This document shows positions 36,523 to 49,800 of a stretch of DNA of 64,000 bases, piece after piece. The stretch's first letter is position 1. Each line of letters opens with the position of its first letter. Where the stretch lies: positions 1-64,000 of the forward strand of contig CDRNVI010000168.1 of assembly GCA_977017575.1 (NCBI GenBank). Direction: 5' to 3'. The stretch is from Paramoeba atlantica (Eukaryota > Protista > Discosea). Below the pieces are notes generated by a model, which worked only from the letters and a program-made list of their open reading frames with translations, was not told the origin of the DNA and searched no databases. The position numbers and the translations under genes are program-made.

Positions 36523-38014
36523 CTCAATTATTTTGAGGAGCTCCTTTTTCCTCTGTTTGAGGTAACACAAAATATTTCGAGGGGCGGACTTTGTTTCCTT
36601 TTTCCTCGTTTTTGAATAACACACAAAAATTTTGCTTCCTTTCCCCGCAAGCCCGAAAGGTCAAGAAAAAATCGGAGCTATTTTTGGCTCCCTATTTTCC
36701 CCCTCCTCTTTTTTTTCCAAGACGACCCAAAAAAGAAAAGTGGAAAAATAAACCAGACTTTTCCATTCAAATTCAGGAGGGGGGGAGAAACAAATTCAAA
36801 AATTTGGTTTTCTCCCAAAACCAAACACCGAGATATTGATCAATCTTTGAATTGTGCCATCAAGAATGCTTTTTGCTCTATTTCTGGACCAATTTGATTG
36901 CATAGTTTATTTTCCTTATTCTGACCCTTCAAATGTGATTTTATTTTGTTGACGTCATCCGTTGTTCCCTTCCTTCAGTCTTTGTGTCTTTTATCTGTGC
37001 TTTTATTTGTATGTGTTTCACTGCTGTTGTGTTAATTGTCTCCTTTGACAAAGGTGTGCTTGAAACCTGTTCGTAACAGAAACTGTTCGCGTTTTCCCTT
37101 CCGCGGAAATGTTTGGGTCTTTCCGCGGCTTTTGCATGGAATGATCTTTGCACTTTTCTTTTGTTTTCTCAGCTAACTTCTTCCACCAAACCCCGCCACT
37201 TAACAGGTCATACAGATTTCTCTTCAAATTTTTCTTTCTCCTTCTCTTTTAAAACAAAAGATTTTCCTCAAACCTTTTTTTTTAAACCCAATGAACAACA
37301 CACTGCGAAAAACCTTGTTTGCCCATTTTGAATTTTTTTATTTTTGACACGGAAAGTTTGTCGATTTTCTTTCAAATTCCATAATTTTTTGGCTGAGTAT
37401 TCTCCGTGTTTCTGGGACAATTTTGGTGCAAGAGAATCAATAGATGGTGTGTTGTTGAAGCGAGAAACCAGAATGTCTTGTGGTTCCCAATTTGTCAATT
37501 TGGAATGCCAAACTGGCCAAACCCCGGGTTAGTTTTTTCCAAAAAAAATCTGAAAACTTAAAAAAAAAGAAGAACTAACAAGAAATCTCTTTGGTCCAGA
37601 ATCCAAAAAAAACGTCAGTTTTCGAAATTCTGAAAATCACAATTTTGAAAATCACAAAACCTCATCTCCTCCCAAAAAGATCAAAAAATGAAAAAAAAAA
37701 CAAGAAGACTCCCAAACCAAACCAAAAAAACAAAAACCCGGTCAGTTTTTTCCTCCAAACTTTAAAACAACAGAAAAAGAGCGGAAATCTCTTTGGTCCC
37801 AGAATAGGACCTGCATTTTTTTGATCAACCAATGGGAAACGGACACGTCAGGCTTTTTTTTTGGACATCAATCTGTGACTCCCGACTCGAGAATTGGGAC
37901 GTTTTCTTTGTTTCACCCAAAAACACACCAAAACAAAAATTTTCTCCCGTGATTGGGTCCAATAGCCTGTTTTTGTCTGGGGTGTCGTCTCCCTTTTTTA
38001 TTTTCTGCTCGGAC

Positions 38015-41000
38015 ATGCAGCGTTTCTTTGGGGTGTTTTTTTTTTTGAGTTTCATGTTGAGTGATGTTTTTGCTACTCGTCCTCAACTTGTTGACAAAAG
38101 ACTTTGGTTTGTCAATCGGACAGTTTTAAATTATGAATATGAAGTTGCTGTGGCTCAAATGGAGTTTGACCAAGAAATGTATCTCGCTGGAGGTGGGGAA
38201 TCTTTTCTCTGTGGACTGGCTGAGGAAACTTGTCTCGAAAGAGACTGCGTTCCTTGTGATTGGTCATCACAACAGGTTTTTTTTTTTCCCTGAATTTTCT
38301 TTTTATTTTTTTTTTCAAAAACTGAAACTTTTCTTTTTATTCTTTTATTTTTCAGCCGACAGGTTGTGATAATGTTGAGTGCTGTGGTCCAGCTCAAAAG
38401 GGTGGTGATGCTTGGGATCAAGTGAATGGTTGGTGCGAACCTGCTGCTTCTGATCCTCCTTACCACACTTTGAATTTACATGAACGTTCTGAAGTCTTCT
38501 TCACCGAACCTGGAGCGACTCTTTATTTTCGATTTTTTGTTTCAGAAGAATTTTCTTGCAAGCCGTTTAAACTGAAACTTCGTCCATACTATGGTCAGCC
38601 TGTTGTTTTTCTCTCGAATTTGTATGCTGTTCCAACTCCAGAAAATGCGCAGTGGAGAAAAGGGACAATTCCAGCAACCTGGGGAATTGGTCAAAACAAC
38701 ATGTTAGTGATTTGTCCAGATGTTGCGGATTCTCGATTAGGAACGTACTCTCTTGGGGTTTTTTCTTCGTTGAGTTCGTCTTTTGATGTTGAAATCATTG
38801 TTTCCCCTCAAGACTATCCTTTGGTTCCTCCCCCCGATAGAATCCTTTGTGAAGATGTTCCAGAGAGTGAAATTATTGGTGCACAAGCAGGATCTGAACA
38901 GGAAGTTATCTGTCTCCAGGATACTGAGACCGTCACATTTGATTACGATTCCGTAACCTGGCATCAATTCATTTTACCAATTACTCCAGGCATGTCTTCT
39001 TTTTTTTTTTGTCTCAAATTATTTTTTCTTTTTGAATTTTTTTTCCTCAATCAAGAAGGCACTTTTTTTTTTTAATATTTTTCTTTTTAGTTTTTGTTGT
39101 GTTGTGTTGTTAAACTTTTCTCAATATTTTTATTTTTATCTCCCCACTTTTTTTCCATTATTAATTAATTTTTTCATCCAAAATTTACAGGGTGTCACCA
39201 GGTTTCACTCGCTGCCGTTGCAGAGCCCGATTTCCTTCCAGCTCTCCATTGCCATCCCAGAGACCCTAATTCCCCATTAGCATTTTTCAATTCCCTTAGT
39301 GCACGATGGACCTTGGGACAGAATAGACTGACGTTTTCAATGTGCCCTGATACTGTTACCTATGTGCGATGCGCGATAACTTTTTGGAGGCCAGGGCCAA
39401 CACATGTGATCTTTTCCACAGTTTCCATTCCTGATTCCATTCCTTTAGATCCTAGTGCAAATACTCCTGCTGCGAGTTTTACTTATCAAGAATCTCTGAC
39501 TGCAATCTCCCCAGTTGTCTTTGGGACATCTCAGCCAATGTGTGGAGATTATGGTTCTAGTCGTTGCTGGTATTGGATGGTCCCTTCCCTTGCTGACCCT
39601 TTGATCTTCTGGCCTCCTCCTTCACAATTAACAGTTTTTGACACTGGATCCAATGTCTATGAAGAATATTACAAGAACTCTGTTGCCGAGCCTCTTAAAA
39701 ACACTGTAACTTTCGTTATTGTGATGGCAGCTGAAGGTACCACAATTTTCTCTCGTGATCAATTGGATGAAGTTTCCCTAACGTTCCTCTACCTTACAAA
39801 TGATCTTGGTGAGCCACCTGTTCTTCCCAACAATGCAATTTACCCCGAGGGTGAAAGTGCAGCCTCTCCTGGCCAATATTTACCATCGATTGCAATGTCT
39901 TCCTTCCCTCAACTTGATCTTTCGGAATTGTGTGATCGAACAAGTTATGACCGACTCCAAGTTTCTGTGGATAATGAGCTAGCACAAGTCCTTGAGTCGA
40001 ATTCACTGGACACAATTGAATTTCGTAAAGTTTGTTGTTGTTTTTTTTCTTTTTCTTTCTAAAAAAATAACTCTAACCAACATACACAAAAATCACCAAC
40101 AACCAACAAATACGATATATTTTAATTAACAAACTCAAAAGAAAAACTCAAAAAGAAAGAGGGGAAGCTGTGTGTTTGTTGTGTGTTTGTTGTGTGGGTT
40201 TTGTCTTGACTAATAATATTCTTCTCTGTCTTTTTTTCTCTACCAAATACACAGTATGTTTTGGATATCCTAGGTGCTGGGATTGCTTCGACTTCATGTA
40301 CAGAAGCTGCAATTGAAGCAATGAACACTCAAGTTGAGAGTATCACCTTAGTAGACCAAACTTTTTGTCCTTTTGAATTGGGGACGGAAGAGTATGCAAC
40401 TGATCCTTGCTGTAATGATACTCTGAAGGTTTTTTTTTTGAACACAATATTAATTAATTTATTGATTGTCTCTCTTGTCCCAACTTTTTTCTCATATTTT
40501 TTTCTCTGGTGAAAATAGTCTATTTCCTGTTGTGTTCCATTCACGATCACAGATAATCAAGAGCAGTTTACAACTGCAGATTCTTCAACATGTGGGATCC
40601 CTGAATGTGCTGATACTTATTTTGAAGATTTGGCACGATCTTTAAATCATGTGAAGGATCTTATTCAAGGGTGTTCTTCTGGTGTTAAGGTAATGATTTG
40701 TCAAAATTAGAATTAGAACAAAATGAAATTGTGTCCCTGATATTGAATCTTCTTTTTCCCCACAGAACATTCAATGGGAGTTAGCTTCCGCCACTGAGAA
40801 GCAATTGAATCATGTTGTACGAAGTTGTCTGAATCAAGTCGGCTTAAGAGGTTTTTTCCTTTTTTTTTTTGAATGTTTTTGTTTTTTTCCTCCTCTCCTC
40901 TCTTTAAAAAAATCTTCAAGATGAAAAATATTTCTAATTTTGAATTCTTTCTCTCTTTTTTTTTGATGACCCTCCAGATGATTTCAAGGGAATTGATTGT

Positions 41001-44000
41001 GTGGCTGATTTCGAGTGTGAGGAATGGTCTGGAAGGTGCAATCATCAAACCAAAAAATGTATGTTAGAAACCACATCAGAAGTTGAAGATGCTTACCTTG
41101 AATGTTACATCTCAAAAATGAGTTCGTCGTTGGAAGAATATTTACGGCTGAATGTTCTTCCTCCAGAAGTTGCTGAATCTGCACCTCGTGATTCCGAAGA
41201 GTTTTTTTTGGTGTTAAAAGCTGCAGCTTCAGTGGATGATTGTGTTGCAACGAACGAACCATTAGATATCTTCTTACGATCACGATATGTTTGGACTGCT
41301 CCAATTGCATGCAAAGCCCGGGTTCTTGGTCTTCCTGAAGATGATGTGGAAGGAATCAATGCAGTTTGTCCTGATGGAAATTGTCTTGGAACATTTTGCC
41401 GGGAGAGCTCAGCAAGTTGTTTCCGCAATTGCGAGCCCGCATATGTCTTCCATGAATCATCTGAGGAGTCTGAGTGTCTATCAACTGTTTGTCCAGTAGC
41501 TGATGGCCTTCCTGGTGATGAATGTGTCGGAACCTATTGCCTTTATTGTCCTGGAGGAGAAGATGAAGATTGCATTTATGTTCCTGGTGATCAAGAGTTT
41601 TGTGAGAATACGGTGGCTTGTGAATTGGCGGATGGTGGAGTTGTATTTGGATTGACGGAAGAAGAATGTGATGCCCAAACTGGATCTTGTTCTGTTGATT
41701 GTCCAGGAGAAAGTTGTCGGTCTTTAGATGGTTTGAATGGTGTTTGTTTGGCCACTGTCGGTTCTGAGACTCTTTGTGAAAATTTGAATAGTATTTCTGG
41801 GGTCAATGCCATTTGGTATGAAGATTCTATTTGTGTTGTGAATGCAGAGACTTTGTCCACTTGCACAGAGGTTTCTTTTTCTACTATTTATTCTATTTTT
41901 TCTATTTTTAATTTATGAACAAAAAATTAACTAATTTTTCTTGTTTTTATTTTTTGAAACAGTTATCCTCATTGATTTCTGTTCCAACCAATTGGGAAAC
42001 ATGTGAATCTGTTGAAGTATCATCTTGTAATGGAGAAGAGACATTCCAACGATATTTGAAATGTTTCGTGGACTTATGGCACAGATGTGAATCGCAAGGA
42101 GATTGTGAGAACTCTGGACACTGTGCTGATCGGTTTTGGACAACAATTGTTCAAAGTGCTGAACACCCAATTGATGTCCAGTTTGGAGCGTGTTTTACAT
42201 CTGGACAATTTTTTTCACCTTACAGAGATCCATATTGTTTAGTTACAGAAGAACGGACTGGAATTGGATGTCAAGATCATGTGACGGAAACTCCAGAAGA
42301 GTGTCTCACAGGTGGTGATGTTTGGCGAACATGGCTCACTCCTGCGATGAGTGAAACCGAGTGCAGAAGCAAAGCTTTGGGTCGATATGGTTGTCAACAG
42401 CCAGGAATTGAAGAACATTTAATTTGGTTGGATGATGTAGAGTGTGATTGTCGTGGTGGAGTGTCTGATTATGCATGGGAATGGACTCAAGGAGTTTGGA
42501 TCAATAATGGTGTCTCACGAACGCTTCATTGGAAGGAAGTTGAACCCGTTCAAAAGTACCAATGGACTCCCATGTTATCTTTTAAACTTTTACAAACGTG
42601 GTTGGAAGCGAACGAAGAACAGAGATTATCTTTTGCGGTGAAATCAGAAGTGATCTGTGAGAATGAATATATTTCATCTTCATTGGCTACTGTGGTCTGT
42701 GATTGTTCCTCCAATTCTGATGGTGGTGATTCCCAATGTCATGTCGAAACAAACGAAATGAGTGCTCGTCAAGTAGAACAGTTAGTTGGTGTCACAGGTG
42801 CCTGTGTTGACGAATTATCTTTTGTCAAGGGACCAGTTTCACGAGTTTCTTTTGATTTCGACAGTATCACGACTCGATGCACATTAGTGAACTTATCCAT
42901 TGTTTCAGAAGCTTGGTTTGTTATTCCTCCCCCTCGTCCAAGTATTTCATTTGGATTTGAAGACAAACCTCAACGTGGAATTGTGTTGAACCAAAAAACT
43001 GGTTCAACAGTTGGTGTTCTCCGTGGAGATGGGACGGTTCTCAGTTTTTCGATGTCGTCATATGTGAGATCTTTTTCCGTTTGCCTCCTAGTGAGCGGGA
43101 CAAATATTTCGAAATACCTAATTCCAGATTTTGGTTATTCGAAGAAACCTGTTGGACCCATTTTTCCGCTTGGAATATCGAACCTGAACACAACCTTTGT
43201 GTTTGGTTCTCGGTTTTGGTGTGGGACGATTGATGTTGATGATATCCCTACCGACGGAAACACTATTCGATTGTATCCAATCTCACGAGTCGAAGACTTT
43301 GAAGACGAAGACGAAGAATATACTTCTTTGCAAACACGAGCTTTGATGTACACATTGGGAGTGTGTTATTGTATCTGCTTTGTCTTGCTGGCTTTTTATT
43401 TGATCAACTTCGCTCAAAGCCTCAGGAAAACCACTATGCTTCCGATCATCTCGTTTTTGTTGAGTATTTTGTGTGTGTTCCGTGTTGTCTTCATGTTTGG
43501 ATATCCAAATGCCATTTTCGAAGGAAATGAACTTGCAGAGTTTGTTGTTTTTGAGATTCCAACTTTTCTCCTCTTCAGTGTGGTCATTTGTTCCATCTAT
43601 TTCTGGAAAAAGCTTTCAAGCAGGAAAAAGTTTTTTATTAGTGCCTCTGACAGCTTGCGGTGGGTCGTTATTTTGGGGTTGGTCTTGGTGTGGTCTCTTT
43701 GGGTTATTGTGACAATTATTTACTCTGAGGTTATCCTTGAAGAGGATGGAGAATCACCATGTCCTGGACGAATTGCCCTTTCCTTTGACAAACAAGAAGA
43801 GGATACACGAACAATGACAATAATTTATCAATCGTTGATCATTTTTGTTACATTTGTTTTGGGAGTGGTCTTCTGTTATTATTCCTATCAGTTGGTCAAA
43901 CTGTCGAAGAATGTGACTCGATCAAAACGGTTTGTGCTTGTGATTGGGGGGGTGCTTGTTTTTTCTTTCCTCATTCGAAGTATTCTGTTCATTATTATTT

Positions 44001-44194
44001 TGGCATTGGAGTTCACTTCTTCAGTTTATATGTTCATTACTTTGATGATTACGGAAGTCTTCGTTATCTTCTTCATACAACTCCAATTTAACTTTGCAAC
44101 CTTCAGATCATTAATCGGTGGATCATCAACTGGTTCCATTTCTGGTTCACGAGCAGGAAGGAGTGTGAATGTAACACCTCAAATGGATAGTTAG
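38015..44194 (+). CDS. Large Cys-rich ectodomain 7TM membrane protein (THH1/TOM1/GPR137-like TM region), multi-exon
   Basis: Signal peptide; two similar beta-sandwich segments ending GQNN/GQNR...CPD; many Cys-rich repeats; seven hydrophobic segments after about 43340; Ser/Gly-rich tail. Confidence 0.8.
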
Positions 44195-44515
44195 TGAACT
44201 TTCCTTTTGTCGTCCTATTTTTCTTCAAGAGAGAAAAATAAAGAATATTTCGTTCTCTAATGCCTCAATCTCAAAGAAAGAGAGATAGATATTTTGAAGA
44301 TTTGATTAAATCTCGAGATTGGGCTCGAAATCTGGTTTTGGAGAAGAAAGAAAATTCAATTTTTAGTTGACTGTGTGGAAGCAAACAAACATCGAACAAA
44401 GAATGGCAACCAACAAATTTTTTTGAGGGGTGTGAGCCAGAGAACTAGGAATTCTTTAAACACTTTTTTCAAAAATTGTCATCTCAATATTAATCTTAAT
44501 TTCTGGTCCAAAAAG

Positions 44516-46627
44516 TTAGTTTGGTTCTTTTGGGTCCAAGCGGTTGACCGCTTCAATTGCTTCTTTATCACCTTCTTTTGCAGCAAGTCGAAAATAATGC
44601 AATGCCCTTTCGTGATTTTGCTCAACCCCCCTCCCATTTTCAAAACGATTTGCAAGAATTTTTTGAGAATAAACACTTCCCTTATCAGCTGCGATTGTGT
44701 AATAATAAACAGCCATCCCATCATCTTTCTCCACCCCAACTCCATTTGAAAAACAAAATCCGAGATTTGAAGTTCCTGCAAGGAGACCACCTTCGTGAGC
44801 CATTTTGTAAGTATGATAGGTGAGGAGATTCGATTGGGGCACTCCTTTTCCTTCGTGATAGCACGCTGCCAGCATGTTCATTGCAATAAGATGGCCCTTT
44901 TGGGGGATTGGAAAGAAAAAAAAAGGAGGGGTTAAAAATTAAAAAGGAGAGGAGTCGACCCCAAAATTAAAAGTTGAAAAAAGAGACTTGATCAGCTGCA
45001 AGTTTAAAGTAATGGGCTGCTTTTTTTTCATCAACTTCAACTCCACAAGAGCCACTCTGGTAATCGTACCCAATATTCTTTTGCGATTGAGGCCAACAGT
45101 GTTCATCTGCGAGCTTTGAAAGAAATTAAAAAATGTCATTTTCGAACAAAAAAAGGAGAGAATTGGAAAAGAACTTACCTCCGTCATGATTTTGAAAGCC
45201 TTGGGCTCATCTTTTTCAACCCCAACCCCATCTTCCAAATTTCCTAGTAAAACGAGTTCAATAAAACGAGATTATCACTCATAAATGATAAATGATAAGA
45301 GGTTTGAATCAAATCACCTGCCATATTATTTGTTGCACAAGCAATTCCTTGTTCAGCACCTTTACAATAATATATGAAAGATGTTTCTTTTTCCCCAAAG
45401 TGTTCGAAACAACGACCAACACATCTTTGTGCTAAAGAATTTCCCTACAAGCTCAAATATTATCAATTGTGAAGAATAAGTTCGTTCGAAAAGGAAGAAG
45501 ATTATTGTTTTTTTCAAAAAAATTAAAGTCAAAAATGAAAGAATTCAAATAACCTCATCAGCAAAGGGAAGTAAAATTGGGTTCACTTGATCATAAAAAT
45601 CAGATCCTTTGAGATAAAACCAAATCCCCTTTCCAAACCAAGAACCAGATTCATCAGCAAATTGAGCCCATTTCGGCGCAGCAATTTCAGAAATTTTTGT
45701 CCCAACTCCATCAAAATAACACATCGCAAGAATCGCAGCACAATCTCCATCTATTTTTGAGAATTAATTTTATAATACATCATAATTTCATTCAGTTTTC
45801 ACACTCACACAATCAAAAAATCATTCCTCTCCACAAAAACAAAACAACAGAAAGAAAAGAAAAAGACAATTTGTCTGAATAAACCTGACCAAGCATGATG
45901 AAATGCTGTGAAAAATGCAGAGATATGTTTTTTTTGGTTTAAAAGAGACATGACTTTTGTTGCAATCGGAGATACTTGGGTGGATCCTTTCTTTGAAACT
46001 CCTTTCGATTTTTTCTTTCTTCTCTTTGGTTTTTGTTTTGATTTTCCTTTTTTTTCAGCTTCATCTTCATCTCCTTCTTTTTTGTCTTCTTCTTTGATTT
46101 GTTCTTCTTCCTCTTTTTCTTCCTCTTTTTCTTCACCTTTCTTTTCTTTTCTTTTGATCTGTGTCCTTCGATGAATAGAAAGCTGATCTAACTGGTGTAA
46201 ATGAACGCAGCAACTTTCACATTGTCTTCGACATCCTTCTCCACAATCACAACAAACCATTTTTTGTTCTTCTTCTCCACAAATCTCACACTTTTTCTCT
46301 TCCTCACCCTCATCTTTTCTCTCTTCACCAACCCCATCAACTGCTTCAAGAAGTTCAATCAGAGAATAATTCTTCCCAACAGAAACTGAACATTCTTTCA
46401 TACAAAACGGACAAGAAGGACTTGTTGGAGAGGATAAAATTTGATGCCAACAAGTAGAACAAATCGAATGACCACAATTCAGAGCTACTGGAACGAATGA
46501 TCCTGAGGAAAACTTAATTTTTGGAATCAAAGGACCAAAAAGAGGGAGAGAAGAAAAAAGAAAAACCGTTACACGAGAAGTTTTCAAAGCAAAGGTTACA
46601 CAACCTCCCAGTGGACCTTGGGGCCAT
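44516..46627 (-). CDS. RING - B-box - coiled-coil - Sel1-like repeat protein, copy 1
   Basis: CNLCFENF...LNCGHSICSTC...CPFC; CEICGEE...CCDC...CESCCVHLH...H; Sel1 repeats LGFCFSNGVGVEKDDGMAVYYYTIAADKG. Confidence 0.85.
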
Positions 46628-46994
46628 CTTCCCTTTTTCTCTGGATCAAAACTTTGGGGGAGAAAACAAAGACAAACACACAAACTTTTGTTTCCCTTGC
46701 CTCTCACCGAAAAGGAATTGGGAAAACAAAAGGGAAATTATTAGCGGGAATGAAAACGAGGTTGGCGGTTCGATTCTCGAGCGGAAGTCTTTTTTTATTT
46801 TATTTTTATTCAGTTTGTTGTTGTTTCGTTGGGGGTTGAATCGAAGAAAAAGAGAAAAGTCCTCTCTCTTTCTGTGTCTTAGAATCGAAAGAAAAGAGAA
46901 GAAGAAAAGAAAGAAGTGAGGAAAACGAAAAGAAGAGAAAAAAGAAAGTGAGGTTTTTCTTTTGTGAAAAGAGAAGGGGAAGAGAAGAGATAGA

Positions 46995-49552
46995 ATGGCT
47001 CCAAGGTCGACTGGGCGATTGTGTAATCTTTGTTTCGAAAATTTTTCAGTTGCTGGTTTTGATTTCTTCTCTTTCTCTCTCTTTCTCTTTTTTGATCTCT
47101 TTTTTCTTTTTCTTTCTTGTCTCACTTTGTTGAGAGTGTTGAGTCACCGAAAACAAATTTTCTGTCCTTTTCTTTTCTCTCTTTTCTCCCTTTTTTTTGA
47201 AACTAAATTCCTTTCTTTTCTTTTCTTTCTCCAGGTTCTTTTACACCAATAGCTCTGAATTGCGGTCATTCGATTTGTTCTGATTGTTGGCAACAAGTTT
47301 TATCCTCTCCAACAAATCCTTCTTGTCCGTTTTGTATGAAAGAATGTTCAGTTTCTGTTGGGAAGAATTATTCTCTGATTGAGTTGATTGATGAAATTGA
47401 AGGAGAACAAGAGAAGAAGGAGAGAGTGGGAGAGAAGAGGGGAGAGGGAGAGGGAGAGGGAGAGGAAGAGGAAGAGAGAGAGGAGGGAGAGTGGTGTGAA
47501 GTTTGTGGAGAAGAAGAAGAGAGAATGATTTGTTGTGATTGTAAAGAGGGATTTCGGAGACAATGTGAGAGTTGTTGTCTCCATTTGCATCAGATGGACC
47601 GTTTTTCTTCTCATAGGTGGAAAGAGAGAGCGAAAAGAAAAGGTTTTGATGAGAAAGAGGAGGAGGAAGGTGAGAAAGTGGAAGAAAACAAAGAAGAAGA
47701 GATTAAAGAAGAAGAAGAAGAAAATAAAAAAGAAGAGAATAAAGAAGAGGAAAATAAAGAAGAGAATAAAGAAGAAGTAAAAGAAGAAAAGAAAAAAGGA
47801 AAAAAACAAAAATCAAAGAAAAAGAAGAAAAAAACAAAAGAAGTTTCAAAGAAAGGATCGACACAAATCTCTTCAAATGCAACAAAAATTCTTTCTCTTT
47901 TAAACAAAAGAAAACACAATTCCGCTTTTATGTTATCTTTTCATCATGCTTGGTCAGGTCCTCCCCCTTTTTTTTCTCTCTCTCTTTTTTCTCTTCTTCT
48001 CTTTTCATATCTCTTTCTCACCCCTCTTTCCTTTTTCTCTCCACTCTCTCTCCCTCTCCTTTTCCCCCTCTTTCTCTCCCTCTCCTCTCTCTCTCTCCTC
48101 TCCTCTCTCTCTCTTCTCATTTCTAAAATCACAAAACAAAAAAAAAAGACGGAGATTGCGCAGCACTTCTCGCAATGTGCCATTTCGATGGAATGGGAAC
48201 AAAAATATCACAAGAAATGGCAAAAAAATGGTCCAAATTTGCTTCTGAATCTGGTTCTTGGTTTGGGAAAGGGATTGATTTTTATGTTAATGGTACTGAT
48301 GGTTATAAGGATGCTAATCCCATTTTGATTCCTTTTGCTGATGAGGTTTTTTTGTTTTTTTTTTCTTTTTTTTGTTTCTTTGTTTCTTTGTTTCTTTTTT
48401 TTGTTTTTCTCTTTTTTTTTGTGGGGATTGTTTTTTGGAGAAGTGGGGGGGTTGGTTTTTTTGTCTACTTTTAATTTTGAAGAATTAAATCTTTTCTTTT
48501 CTTTCTTTTCTGATATATTGATCTTCACATTTTAGGGAAATTCTTTGGCGCAGAGATGCGTTGGGAGATGTTTTGAACATTTGGACGAGGAAAAACTTGG
48601 TTTTGAGTATTATTGCAAATCTGCTGAACAAGGGCTTGCCAGTGGTACAAACAATATGGCAGGTTTATTTATTTATTTTTCTTCATTAATTGAATAAAAC
48701 CAAATAGAATGCAAGAAAGAAACTTTTAATGCTAATTTTGAATTGATTTTTGAAACTTTTTTTTTCATTTTTTTTCTTTATTTTTCAGCAAGTCTTGAAG
48801 ATGGTGCTGGAACTGAAAAAGATTACCCTCGAGCTCTCGAAATCATGACAAAGGTAATTCTTTTAAATACTTTCTTTCTTTTAAGAATAATTAATGTTAT
48901 TTTGATGGATTTTTCCGATGAGATTATCTTATTCTTATCTTGATTTAGTTGGCGGAGGAAGTGGGTTGGCCTCAATCTCTCAAGAATCTTGGATATTATT
49001 ACAAATTTGGTACTTGTGGAGTCGAAATTGATTATAAAAAATCAGTTCAATTTCTAAAACCTGCTGTGGATCAAGTATCTTTCTCTTTCTCTTTCTCCTA
49101 CTTTGATCATAATTAATGGTTTTTCTTCTCTTTTTTCTTTTCTCATCCTCCCTTTCGTTTGCTTCTTTCTCTCTTTCAAGGGCCAATTGTATGCAATGAA
49201 TATGTTAGCAGATAGTTACCACGGAGGAAAAGGAGTTACCAAATCTGGGAACCTTGCTTTCTTAACATACAAAATGGCTCACGAAGGAGGACTCCTTTCT
49301 GGAACTTCAAATCTCGGATTTTGTTATGCAAATGGAGTTGGAGTTGAGAAAGATGATGGAATGGCTGTTTATTATTATACTCTTGCTGCTGAGAAAGGGA
49401 GTACTTATTCTCAAAAGAATTTGGCCAAGAGGTTTGAGAGTGGGAGGGGGGTTGAGAAGGATGTTGCACAAGCTTTGCATTATTTTCGGTTGGCTGCTGA
49501 AAAGGGAGATGAAGAATCAAAGGAAGGGGTCAAGAGATTGGAGGGGAATTAG
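46995..49552 (+). CDS. RING - B-box - coiled-coil - Sel1-like repeat protein, copy 2 (inverted paralog)
   Basis: Same N-terminus MAPRSTGRLCNLCFENFS, same intron positions and Sel1 repeats. Confidence 0.85.
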
Positions 49553-49800
49553 AGATTGAGTTGTACAATGATTAGTTTTTTTTTTCTTGGAAAATGTGAA
49601 TTGAGATTTGCGATTTTTGTCTTGTTGAAAAGAGAAATTGTTTATGGAGAGGGATTGGGATTGTTGGTGTTTTTTGTTTGAATGATAGTGGGTTGAAAAA
49701 AGAATGGTTTTGAATAAAATGGTGAATAAAAGTGGAGAGAAATTTGAAGGATTTTGGTTGGTTCACAAATAAGAAGAAGAAAAAACAGATCCTTTTTCTT

